Of a stretch of 36,089 bases of DNA, positions 8,690-16,422 are shown piece by piece. The notes beneath the pieces are model-generated. The model ran no database searches. It saw only the letters and a list, made by a program, of their open reading frames with translations, and was not told the origin of the DNA. The stretch is from IMG/VR virus record IMGVR_UViG_3300045988_025132, positions 1 through 36,089 of that record; one strand, given 5' to 3'. This stretch comes from a virus. The position numbers and the translations under genes are program-made. Positions within the stretch are counted from its first letter, which is position 1, and the number at the start of each line of letters is the position of its first letter.

Positions 8690-9088
8690 TTAATCCAGAT
8701 ATTTCTCAGCTTGTCTTAGTTTAACATAGTAAGTAGCTCTACTAAAGGCTAAGCGGTCACATATCTGCCAGATTCCAAGTTGGTCTACATATACCATTTG
8801 AAGTAGCATTCTAGCTTCTATATCTTTAACGCTAGCTATTTGCTTACGAAACTCTCGACGTTCTTTGATTGCTTCCGCAACGAATTGTTTCAGCTCTTCT
8901 TTTTCCGTTATCAATTCCGTATATAGGTCGTCTTTAGCTTTTCTCTTCCCACCTTGAACCATGTCTATCTGCATAGACCCAGACGTAACTTTCAGCGCTT
9001 GCGATTCGAGTCTCTCAATTTTTTCTAGTTGGCTTTCGATATATCGATCAAGTGCCTTGATTTTTTGAAGCCGTTCAACTGTTCTCAT
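8690..9088 (-). CDS. Putative late-gene transcriptional activator (ArpU/RinA/DUF1492-like, sigma-70 region-4-like HTH)
   Basis: 132 aa with an N-terminal coiled coil and a C-terminal HTH-like segment (LLQMVYVDQLGIWQICDRLAFSRATYYVKLRQAEKYL). It sits just upstream of the packaging genes. Confidence 0.5.
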   Translation of the reverse strand: MRTVERLQKIKALDRYIESQLEKIERLESQALKVTSGSMQIDMVQGGKRKAKDDLYTELITEKEELKQFVAEAIKERREFRKQIASVKDIEARMLLQMVYVDQLGIWQICDRLAFSRATYYVKLRQAEKYLD

Positions 9089-9170
9089 AAATTGTCTTTC
9101 CTTTTTATGGTATAATAATGTTGTCAGATTATTTAAATAGTTCTCGGCAAGCTTTGCCTTGGGCTTTTTT

Positions 9171-9179
9171 TATTTACCA
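9171..9179 (-). promoter_or_regulatory. Extended -10-like element GGGGGTGGTAAATA
   Basis: Same G-rich TGgTAnAnn motif as at 8022 and 15396, about 80 nt upstream of the activator-like gene. Confidence 0.35.
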
Positions 9180-9339
9180 CCCCCTTTATTTTAAATTCCA
9201 GTCTTGCTACCAGCAATGCAAGGCTGGACTAAAAAAAGTATGTATTGGATCCTCCTTTTTATAAAATATTTACTGGGTTTGTGCATCGGTCTGTCAGCGA
9301 TGCGAGTGTCAAAAAAGTTACCTAGTCACGACAGACTAA

Positions 9340-9364
9340 CAGCGAGCGAGGGAGTCGAACCCTC
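9340..9364 (-). other. tRNA 3'-end-like fragment (T-arm plus 3' acceptor strand); not a complete tRNA
   Basis: Minus strand reads GAGGG-TTCGACT-CCCTC-GCTCGCT-G, a canonical T stem-loop followed by a 7-nt acceptor strand. No matching 5' acceptor, D arm or anticodon arm lies upstream. Confidence 0.5.
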
Positions 9365-10073
9365 ACAAGCCCATAGAAATCGCTTTATATAACGCACGTT
9401 TAACACTTTCCTTATTAAGCCCTATATCACCTTTAGTGCGATATTCTAAATAAATTCGATCAACTTCACTATCTAGGCTTTCCGGCCATTCATACTTATT
9501 AAATACATATTTAGCTATTTTGCCAAATAGCTCTCTAGATAGAAGACCTTCAAGTTGGATTACCTTGCGAGGTGTTAAATTGCCAATTTCTGTATATACA
9601 GTGTTAATTGCTGTGTTAATTGTGGTGGCTTGTTGATTTGTACAGCCTTTCACTTCCATTATGTAGTTTATGACGCAGTTAGGATGTGCTGCTCTTAACT
9701 CTTGGATTTCCTTGCGATATTGAAGGAAGAGCTCTCTTGTAAGACCTGCATTAGTTTTAATAGTATCTGGATTAGATGACCCACTTCTGTCAGGGTAGTT
9801 CTCTATCAGTTGCTTTTGTAAATCATTCACGAGACCTTCCGTAAGATACTCACTCATATTTTCCAGCGTTACAGGTGACAGCTTCGAGCGCTCTTTAACC
9901 ACATTATCAAACCTTTGAAAATATTTCCTAGCTTGCAATCGGTCGCACTTCTTTGTTTCCATTATATGTTTAGTGAGTGTTCTGCGATGTTCTTCCCTCA
10001 ATGCATCAAACTCTAGAGTTAACCTTTGATGTAGCTCTTTAGTTAATCCAGCGTATTTGTACTTCCCGCTCAT
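9363..10073 (-). CDS. Hypothetical protein with an internal tandem duplication of about 100 aa
   Basis: 236-aa ORF with RBS GGAGG. The two halves align (AGLTKEL...LREEH...HIMETKKC...LSPVTLENM versus AGLTRELF...LRAAH...YIMEVKGC...LTPRKVIQLE). Confidence 0.6.
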   Translation of the reverse strand: MSGKYKYAGLTKELHQRLTLEFDALREEHRRTLTKHIMETKKCDRLQARKYFQRFDNVVKERSKLSPVTLENMSEYLTEGLVNDLQKQLIENYPDRSGSSNPDTIKTNAGLTRELFLQYRKEIQELRAAHPNCVINYIMEVKGCTNQQATTINTAINTVYTEIGNLTPRKVIQLEGLLSRELFGKIAKYVFNKYEWPESLDSEVDRIYLEYRTKGDIGLNKESVKRALYKAISMGL

Positions 10074-10078
10074 GAATC

Positions 10079-10477
10079 CTACGCCTCCACAACTGGGAAA
10101 TGAATGTCACCAATAACTAGCGAACCTACACTATAGTAAAAACCACCATTACCATCGTTAGCCTCACACTCTGCCAAAGCTACTTGATTTTGATTGTGGT
10201 AAATAGTAACCGTATTATAACTTTCTGATGACCCGTCTTCGCATCCCACTGTTTCTTGTTCACCAATTTTAATGTCAGTGATAATAGCGTCTAGCTTGAC
10301 ATCTTTGAATTTCCCACCAGCAAAGGCACAGCAATCGCTTTCTGACATCTCAATAGTTACCCGAGTACCATCTTCAAGCAGTAGAAAATCTTCATTCCAT
10401 TCAACAATACGTTTGTTGAGCAACAGCTCTTTAAGTTTCTCTAACGAGCCATAATTTACATTTTTCCAATTTGTCAT
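10079..10477 (-). CDS. Hypothetical protein
   Basis: 132-aa ORF with RBS GGAAGAGG, tightly packed with its neighbours. Confidence 0.6.
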   Translation of the reverse strand: MTNWKNVNYGSLEKLKELLLNKRIVEWNEDFLLLEDGTRVTIEMSESDCCAFAGGKFKDVKLDAIITDIKIGEQETVGCEDGSSESYNTVTIYHNQNQVALAECEANDGNGGFYYSVGSLVIGDIHFPVVEA

Positions 10478-10478
10478 C

Positions 10479-10787
10479 TTAATTACCTCTTCCTTTCAAA
10501 TAATTAGGTATGTCATCCCCAACGTTAACACTGTTGTATTGTTCCTTTGTCACTAGAAACTTGCCATACGCCCCACAGTCAAGCGTGTAGAGTTTCCCTA
10601 TCATCTGCTTACCAGTAATCTTTCCATGCATTACAGCGGAATTATCGGCCTTATACACGATAATAGGCTTCAATGGTCTGTTGACTACACTAACTAATGT
10701 ACCGATATTGATAATTAGCGAGGCTAGCAGTAAGGCAATGGCTACGTCTAGCTCTCTATAGGTCGTCCTCTTTAACGAACGTTCCAT
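10479..10787 (-). CDS. Hypothetical protein with an N-terminal TM helix
   Basis: 102-aa ORF with hydrophobic segment VAIALLLASLIINIGTLVSVV. It overlaps the upstream gene by 32 nt, so the start is uncertain. Confidence 0.45.
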   Translation of the reverse strand: MERSLKRTTYRELDVAIALLLASLIINIGTLVSVVNRPLKPIIVYKADNSAVMHGKITGKQMIGKLYTLDCGAYGKFLVTKEQYNSVNVGDDIPNYLKGRGN

Positions 10788-11232
10788 TTACTATCTTCCC
10801 TTTGCGGTTTTTAATTTCCTCGTATGCAATATTTAGACACTCAGTTACATCAAGGTCTAATTGATGTGCTAATACGATAATAGTTACTAGCGTGTCTCCG
10901 ATTGCGTCCTTGAGTGCTATTTGTGGTTCTGTGAATTTAGTTGGTTTCAAGAGTACATCCCGAATTTCACCTACCTCCTCGGTAATACGCATCCACTGAA
11001 TTTTAGGGTCAGCTTGCTTTAAATTGCGTTCGTCTGCCCACTCGTTAATTTTAGTGATTAGGTCAGTTAATGTATTATCTGCTTCCTCTTTCATCTCTAC
11101 TGTATACATTCTCGAATTGCGATATTTAACACCTCTCAAGTGATGCAATCTATTGATCGCTTCATCTTTATTATCGAAAACTTCCACTTCATCTTCCATG
11201 TTGTCAAAATATACGATAACTTTAAATTTCAT
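10756..11232 (-). CDS. MazG-like nucleoside triphosphate pyrophosphohydrolase with an N-terminal extension of about 60 aa
   Basis: The C-terminal 100 aa show the MazG-type pattern (ITEEVGEIRD...KDAIGDTLVTIIVLAHQLDLD...AYEEIKNRKGK). Confidence 0.65.
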   Translation of the reverse strand: MKFKVIVYFDNMEDEVEVFDNKDEAINRLHHLRGVKYRNSRMYTVEMKEEADNTLTDLITKINEWADERNLKQADPKIQWMRITEEVGEIRDVLLKPTKFTEPQIALKDAIGDTLVTIIVLAHQLDLDVTECLNIAYEEIKNRKGKIVNGTFVKEDDL

Positions 11233-11248
11233 AACTCTACCATCTCTT

Positions 11249-11485
11249 TCATTTGCATAGTTCTATCATCTCTTTCAATAATCTCTCATCTGGTAACTGC
11301 TCAAGTGTCAGAATACGATTGAGCTTCTTTATGCTTATGCCTAGTTTATTACTGATTAAATCTATATCTTTGTGGTTTTCCCAGAACCACTTCGAAAACT
11401 CTTGTGTTTGACCTAACACACTTGTGTGGCCGTAACTACCAGGAGCATATATACCGACTAACTTATCTTTGTACTTGCTTTTCAT
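11249..11485 (-). CDS. Hypothetical protein
   Basis: 78-aa ORF with a TAATG stop-start overlap with the rusA-like gene. Confidence 0.5.
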   Translation of the reverse strand: MKSKYKDKLVGIYAPGSYGHTSVLGQTQEFSKWFWENHKDIDLISNKLGISIKKLNRILTLEQLPDERLLKEMIELCK

Positions 11486-11943
11486 TACAGCTCCTTTATT
11501 TCAAATTCAATGCGTGGGTTAGGACTGTACTTCTTGCGAGCTCTTAAATCGCAGACAATACTATCATCAGTCCAAACAATCCCTTTCTTATCGACCTTGT
11601 TGTATCCAGCGTTTGAGATACTGTCAAAGAGTGCTTTGACTAGATTATCAATATCAGGCGTTCTGATATGCCAAAGCGTTTCAGCCATGAATTTCTTGAA
11701 TGCATCCCACGTTTTAGCTCTAGCCTTTGGCGTAGGCTTTTTTGATACGCTCAAGGGCGCTTTCATGTAGAATGTGACATCAACCATTATCGGTCCGTCA
11801 AAGAATTGTCCGTCATACTCTTTTTCGATAAGTTGCGAGCACTGACGACGCCAAGCTTTCATTTTTGGGTCTTCATAAGTTCCAAACTTACTGAATCGTG
11901 GTCTTGTTTGTGATTTAGGCTCGATATTTAAAGTTATTCTCAT
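11485..11943 (-). CDS. rusA: RusA-family Holliday junction resolvase
   Basis: 152 aa with RusA-type motifs (PKSQTRPRF, DIDNLVKALFDS, WTDDSIV). Confidence 0.8.
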   Translation of the reverse strand: MRITLNIEPKSQTRPRFSKFGTYEDPKMKAWRRQCSQLIEKEYDGQFFDGPIMVDVTFYMKAPLSVSKKPTPKARAKTWDAFKKFMAETLWHIRTPDIDNLVKALFDSISNAGYNKVDKKGIVWTDDSIVCDLRARKKYSPNPRIEFEIKEL

Positions 11944-12494
11944 GCTTCACCCACCACAATCTCGTAATTATCGAGCGTTATCCCATTTTTAATAACATTG
12001 CTCAAATAGCTTTTATTTCTCCCAAGAAATACACTAGCCGCTCTTAAACTGTCGAATTTCATTGTTACACCGTCCGCATTGCTTACTAGAGTCACTTTCT
12101 TATTTGTTTGCAACAACCCGTTTTTGAACGCATGTCTCATGTTTTCTGACCTTGTCACCCACTCAAGATTCTCTACTGAGTTGTCTAAAGGGTTGCCGTT
12201 TTTGTGATTGACGTAGCCTTTGTTTTCTGGGTTTGGTATAAAAGTCTGAGCAATCAACCTACTCACTAGGTGAGTTGTCATCTTTTTGTTTTTCCACAAT
12301 TTCACTCGCTTATCGTAGTGATCACTCCTTTGTCTTCTTGCTATCTGAGGTTTTATCTCTCTTTGTTCCCAAACCCTTTTTATTGTCTTTCCCCTTACAA
12401 AGCTATATGTTGTTTTATTTTTGCAAGACCAAATCGTCCCGTCCGAATGTGCTTCATATAGCCCCTCATACCCCTTTATTTCTTTAACATCCAT
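11940..12494 (-). CDS. Free-standing HNH homing endonuclease (NUMOD4 + HNH_3 + C-terminal DNA-binding module)
   Basis: 184 aa with IKGYEGLYEAHSDGTIWS (NUMOD4) and VNHKNGNPLDNSVENLEWVTRSEN (HNH). It is wedged between ssb and rusA with an ATGA overlap. Confidence 0.85.
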   Translation of the reverse strand: MDVKEIKGYEGLYEAHSDGTIWSCKNKTTYSFVRGKTIKRVWEQREIKPQIARRQRSDHYDKRVKLWKNKKMTTHLVSRLIAQTFIPNPENKGYVNHKNGNPLDNSVENLEWVTRSENMRHAFKNGLLQTNKKVTLVSNADGVTMKFDSLRAASVFLGRNKSYLSNVIKNGITLDNYEIVVGEA

Positions 12495-12508
12495 AAACCC
12501 TCCTCAAA

Positions 12509-12955
12509 TTAGAACGGTAGCATATCATCACTGATGTCCATAGGGCTTGAGTTCTCGTAAGGTCCGCTTTCTCTTGCAAAGTTTGGCCCTTGCTGTTGGC
12601 TATAACTGTTGTTAGCATTACCCCCCTCACGCGCTGCACGACTTTCTAGCATTTGGAAATTCTCAGCGACTACCTCTGTCACATACACTCGTTGACCTTG
12701 TTGGTTTTCATAGCTACGGGTCTGAATACGTCCAGTAATTCCAATCAATGCGCCTTTTTTAGCCCAATTAGCCAAATTTTCAGCTTGCTGGCGCCAGATA
12801 ACGCAATTGATAAAATCTGCTTCACGCTCACCATTAGCATCCTTAAAGTTACGGTTAACCGCAAGGCTAAAAGATGCTACTGCGATATTGTTCCCAGTGT
12901 ATTTTAGTTCTGGGTCTTTAGTTAGACGTCCAACAAGTACGGTTGAATTAATCAT
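12509..12955 (-). CDS. ssb: Single-stranded DNA-binding protein
   Basis: 148 aa with an OB-fold N-terminus ([20 protein letters not shown]), a Gln/Gly-rich linker and an acidic tail DISDDMLPF. Confidence 0.9.
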   Translation of the reverse strand: MINSTVLVGRLTKDPELKYTGNNIAVASFSLAVNRNFKDANGEREADFINCVIWRQQAENLANWAKKGALIGITGRIQTRSYENQQGQRVYVTEVVAENFQMLESRAAREGGNANNSYSQQQGPNFARESGPYENSSPMDISDDMLPF

Positions 12956-12969
12956 TTATTTTCTCCTTT

Positions 12970-13614
12970 TTAGTCCATTCCTTCATAAAAACTCTTTCCA
13001 AGTTGTTCTTCGAAGTCCTTGTCATCAATAGACAGTCTGGATAATTCTGTTATCATTTTGATTTTAGTTTCTCGACATGGCTGGTACCCGTACTTAGCAT
13101 ATTTCATCATTCGGTTAAATGTGCTTACCGGATATATTAAATAGTTATCAATAACTAGACGCTTCGTGTGCAAGTGTTCGAAAAAATCTTCTTGAAATGC
13201 CACTTCGTAAACTGCCATATAATTATCTTCGTCAACGTTGTCGTAATTTTTATAATAAGCGAATTTTGTTATTGTAAAATCAAAATCCGAAATCATGTCC
13301 TTTGGTTTTCCGAAGGTCTTCCTGACTAGCTCTACTCTGACTTTTTCTTTGATGAAATAAACCGCCCAAACATTTTTATTTTTGTAAGAAAATGTTATTT
13401 CGCTAGGTTTTTCTTCAATCTGTTTTTTGAAATATTTTTGAGCGTCCTTGAAATCTGCTTCGCATTCAAAGAACATGTCAATGTCATTAACCTGCTCATT
13501 GTTGAAGATATTCTTGAAACACCCACCTGCTATATACCCTTTATGGCCGATTAAAAATTTATCCAACCACCAAATTTGTCGATAATTGTATATATCCCTC
13601 ACAACTATACTCAT
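12970..13614 (-). CDS. Pol-beta-superfamily nucleotidyltransferase-like protein (resembles the class II CCA-adding/poly(A) polymerase head domain)
   Basis: 214 aa. AGGCFKNIFNNEQVNDIDMFF fits hG[GS]x9-13DhDh, and a downstream SDFDFTITKFAY resembles the RRDFTINA motif. This is motif-level evidence only. Confidence 0.45.
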   Translation of the reverse strand: MSIVVRDIYNYRQIWWLDKFLIGHKGYIAGGCFKNIFNNEQVNDIDMFFECEADFKDAQKYFKKQIEEKPSEITFSYKNKNVWAVYFIKEKVRVELVRKTFGKPKDMISDFDFTITKFAYYKNYDNVDEDNYMAVYEVAFQEDFFEHLHTKRLVIDNYLIYPVSTFNRMMKYAKYGYQPCRETKIKMITELSRLSIDDKDFEEQLGKSFYEGMD

Positions 13615-13653
13615 TGCTTACCTCATTTCATAATTTCATAATTTACAAAGTTA

Positions 13654-14490
13654 TTACTCTCTATTTAATAAATTGTCCAGTGTTAGAACCTCATGTAGTT
13701 TTTTTTGAGACTTGCAATAATCACAATGTCCACACTTCTTAGGTTCTTTGTTTCCAAGCGATACTTGATACACTCTAGGGGCGTGCTCTGTAATGTATTT
13801 AAGCCCTTCTTCCAGCCATTCTTCAGTCAATTCAATAATTTCCTTATCTGGCTGTTTCTCTTTCGATACGGCCACAATAAACGGCTTGAATGTTGGATAA
13901 CCCATTTGTCGCAACAGTTCTAAATAAGTCCCTAGTTGGACATGGTATTGAAACCCTAGAATGTTAATGACTGCCGTTGGTACTTTAGTACGCAATTCCT
14001 CTGACCATTCCTTAGTCCAGATAGATTTCATGGTTTTTAAATCGACCACATAGCCCCTTGAAAAGTTGATACTATCCAACTTCCCTTTGAACGGCACGTC
14101 AGCGATGATTCCAGTGACGATCTTTTCTTTTTCGACTTTGTCACCTTTCTTGCCGTGATATAAGTTATTGAAAAGTGTGTCATCTTTAAGCGTGTCGATA
14201 ACTTTCTCAGCAAATTTGAAATCTGCTAGTAATCCATAAGGTTTGCGACTAGCAAATAGAGATTTCTTGTTGTCATCTTTGAACTTCTCATGTGCTTCCT
14301 CACTCTCGAAATAGCTATGGACATAGTTTCCAAACAGTAGAGGTTTTCGATCTCGTTCATCATCCCAAACACCATCGTCAATAGCTTTAGCTCTAGCTTC
14401 GCATTTCATGTATTCCTTGAAACGACTTACAGACATATAGGTTTTGTCAGAATAATAATTATCATCCGTCAAGATTGTTAGTTCAGTCAT
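13654..14490 (-). CDS. PD-(D/E)XK (Cas4/RecB-like) exonuclease with a C-terminal Cys cluster; partner of RecT
   Basis: Motifs VVDLKT and QYHVQLGTY plus CGHCDYC and an N-terminal Cys. I place the start at ATG 14490 (RBS AAAGAGG, just after the recT stop), not at the track's 14553, which overlaps recT by 62 nt. Confidence 0.7.
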   Translation of the reverse strand: MTELTILTDDNYYSDKTYMSVSRFKEYMKCEARAKAIDDGVWDDERDRKPLLFGNYVHSYFESEEAHEKFKDDNKKSLFASRKPYGLLADFKFAEKVIDTLKDDTLFNNLYHGKKGDKVEKEKIVTGIIADVPFKGKLDSINFSRGYVVDLKTMKSIWTKEWSEELRTKVPTAVINILGFQYHVQLGTYLELLRQMGYPTFKPFIVAVSKEKQPDKEIIELTEEWLEEGLKYITEHAPRVYQVSLGNKEPKKCGHCDYCKSQKKLHEVLTLDNLLNRE

Positions 14491-14491
14491 T

Positions 14492-15310
14492 TTATACCTC
14501 TTTGATTTTGGTTGAATCACCTTCGAATAAGCTAACTTCTTCGATGATTTCACCGGTTTCAGCGTCTACGCTTTTATCTGGTTCAGCTTCATCGCTCATG
14601 AGGTCACCTAAAAGTGTTTGGGTGTTCTCATTTTTGGGTGTAACATCGATAGGGTCAGTCTCAACTTCCTCAGTTTGATTGTCTGAGATAAGCCCTTCTT
14701 GCATTTCAGTTGATAGTGGGGCATACTTGCTCAAAATGCTCTTTAGTACGGTTTTTTGAGCCATTGCATCAAAGTCTGTTGACCACGGCCCTTTTGCATA
14801 GGTCTTTGAAAAGCGTTTTCCGTGGCTTTCTGCTTGCTCTTTCGTCCAGAATGTCAATTTTTTAAATCCATTCACAAGCTCGAATGTGGCAAAATAGCCA
14901 TAAACCTCATCTTCTGGTTGAGTGAAATCAATGTCCAATGTTTCAAATAGCGGGTCATACGATTTGAATTGTGCTTTGTAAACTTTTCCAGAATTGATGG
15001 CCTTAAATTGACCGGAGCGGATAGCTAGCTGAATAAGTCCTTTATAACCCAATTGAAATTGTGCATCTTGCCCGTATGGAACAATATAAGCAAAACCCAA
15101 ACTTGGCTCAATAGGTAGATTTAATACCGCAGCTTTCATCGCTGCCGTCATAATCGAAGTGTTACTTGCTCGTGCTAGTAACTTGTTGTTGTTTACAATT
15201 GACAATAGACTGGCTGTAAATTGTCGTTCATTGCCGTTCAACACCTCTTGAAATTTCTGTTTAACTGCTGGTGTGTTAAAAAAATCTTTGTGTGCTAGTT
15301 GATTTGTCAT
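14492..15310 (-). CDS. recT: RecT-family single-strand annealing recombinase
   Basis: 272 aa with typical RecT core motifs (GFAYIVPYG, QFQLGYKGLIQLAIRSGQF). Confidence 0.85.
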   Translation of the reverse strand: MTNQLAHKDFFNTPAVKQKFQEVLNGNERQFTASLLSIVNNNKLLARASNTSIMTAAMKAAVLNLPIEPSLGFAYIVPYGQDAQFQLGYKGLIQLAIRSGQFKAINSGKVYKAQFKSYDPLFETLDIDFTQPEDEVYGYFATFELVNGFKKLTFWTKEQAESHGKRFSKTYAKGPWSTDFDAMAQKTVLKSILSKYAPLSTEMQEGLISDNQTEEVETDPIDVTPKNENTQTLLGDLMSDEAEPDKSVDAETGEIIEEVSLFEGDSTKIKEV

Positions 15311-15395
15311 GTCTTTGTCTTCCTTTTTTTGTTTTGAATGCCCCTAATTCTCAATTTTAGGGGTCTCTTATCGTTTTTAAGTGGTAACTAGATAA

Positions 15396-15404
15396 TTTAT
15401 ACCA
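15396..15404 (-). promoter_or_regulatory. Extended -10-like element GTGGGTGGTATAAA upstream of recT
   Basis: Same motif class as 8022 and 9171, in the 124-bp gap upstream of recT. Confidence 0.35.
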
Positions 15405-15434
15405 CCCACACTTTTAAATTGATTACAGACGATT

Positions 15435-15632
15435 TTAGGCGTGTTCTCGAACGTTCTGATTAAATACCACCTTCGAGCAGTAGCCAAATGCCATATATTC
15501 ATTGATTTTACTGATGAATGAGTATAAATCTAATTCATCCATCATTTTCTGTTTGTGCTCTTGTGAGACTACAAGCCCATGAATACGCTCGTAGTCCTCA
15601 AAGAGCTTTAGTTTTACTTCTATTTCAGTCAT
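15435..15632 (-). CDS. Hypothetical protein
   Basis: 65-aa ORF with an ATGA overlap with the upstream loader gene. Confidence 0.5.
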   Translation of the reverse strand: MTEIEVKLKLFEDYERIHGLVVSQEHKQKMMDELDLYSFISKINEYMAFGYCSKVVFNQNVREHA

Positions 15633-16411
15633 AGCATCATCCTCTTGTCTTGCTGTGTTTTAAACTTGTAAACGTGTTCGTTAGTAGTTCCAAGTCCTGT
15701 CTTCTTGAAAACCCTCGAATAGACACGTTTACCATATGTGCCCATGATGTCCTGTGGGCTTAGGTTTGTCGTTATGATTGTCTTTGTGCGCTTGTTCAAT
15801 ATGCTGTATAAGACACCGCTAGACCACTCTGTCACTTTTTCAGTTCCCAAATCATCAAGCACCAGCCACTCAGATTCAGATATACGTCTGATGTATTCTG
15901 CTTCTAGGCTGAAATCTTCCTTGATTTTGGCTAGCAAGTCGACAACGTTGATGAATAATCCCATCTTCTTAGTGTGGTCTGATAAGGCCTTAAGCGCTGA
16001 ATAGGCTAGATGACTCTTACCGACACCAGTATCACCGATAAGAACAATGTTATAGTCTTGACCATCAAGATAGCCTTTAAGCTGGCTTCGGACGTTCTTC
16101 AAGTCTTCCTTTTGCTCTTTGGTAACAGCATGGTAAGTTTCAAAGCTAGCACTTTCTAAATCATCATCCATCAAACTGAAATCTTTGAGAAAGAACAAGC
16201 GTTTTTGCTCTTGCTCACGTTCATATTGTTCCTGCGCTTTAATATAATTCAGTTTCTCTTGCTCTTCACGATGGCACGTCTCACATACAGTGTATGGCTT
16301 GCTGTTTGGTAGCTGAATAGTGACAAAGTTTCGATTGTGCTTCTCGCAGTATTTATCACTAGTAGTCATATACATCTGTCTCATTTGCTTAGCTGTCTTT
16401 TCTAAACTCAT
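15629..16411 (-). CDS. DnaC/DnaI-like helicase loader (IstB-like AAA ATPase) with an N-terminal Zn-ribbon-like CxxH...CxxC
   Basis: 260 aa with Walker A GDTGVGKSHL, Walker B LVLDDLG and an N-terminal CEKHN...CETCH. Confidence 0.8.
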   Translation of the reverse strand: MSLEKTAKQMRQMYMTTSDKYCEKHNRNFVTIQLPNSKPYTVCETCHREEQEKLNYIKAQEQYEREQEQKRLFFLKDFSLMDDDLESASFETYHAVTKEQKEDLKNVRSQLKGYLDGQDYNIVLIGDTGVGKSHLAYSALKALSDHTKKMGLFINVVDLLAKIKEDFSLEAEYIRRISESEWLVLDDLGTEKVTEWSSGVLYSILNKRTKTIITTNLSPQDIMGTYGKRVYSRVFKKTGLGTTNEHVYKFKTQQDKRMML

Positions 16412-16422
16412 ATAGAGAACCT

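Noticed and set aside
9141-9172. Plus-strand terminator-like GGCAA-GCT-TTGCC followed by a T-tract
   Set aside because: The stem is only 5 bp with a 3-nt loop, which is too weak to call.
9204-9392. Plus-strand 62-aa ORF (hydrophobic) in the intergenic region
   Set aside because: It has a TTG start without an RBS and lies on the opposite strand to every other gene. It also spans the tRNA-like fragment and the end of a minus-strand gene, so it is most likely spurious.
9330-9415. Possible complete tRNA gene on the minus strand
   Set aside because: Only the T arm and 3' acceptor strand are present. The upstream 50 nt do not form a 5' acceptor, D arm or anticodon arm, and they encode the C-terminus of the 236-aa ORF.
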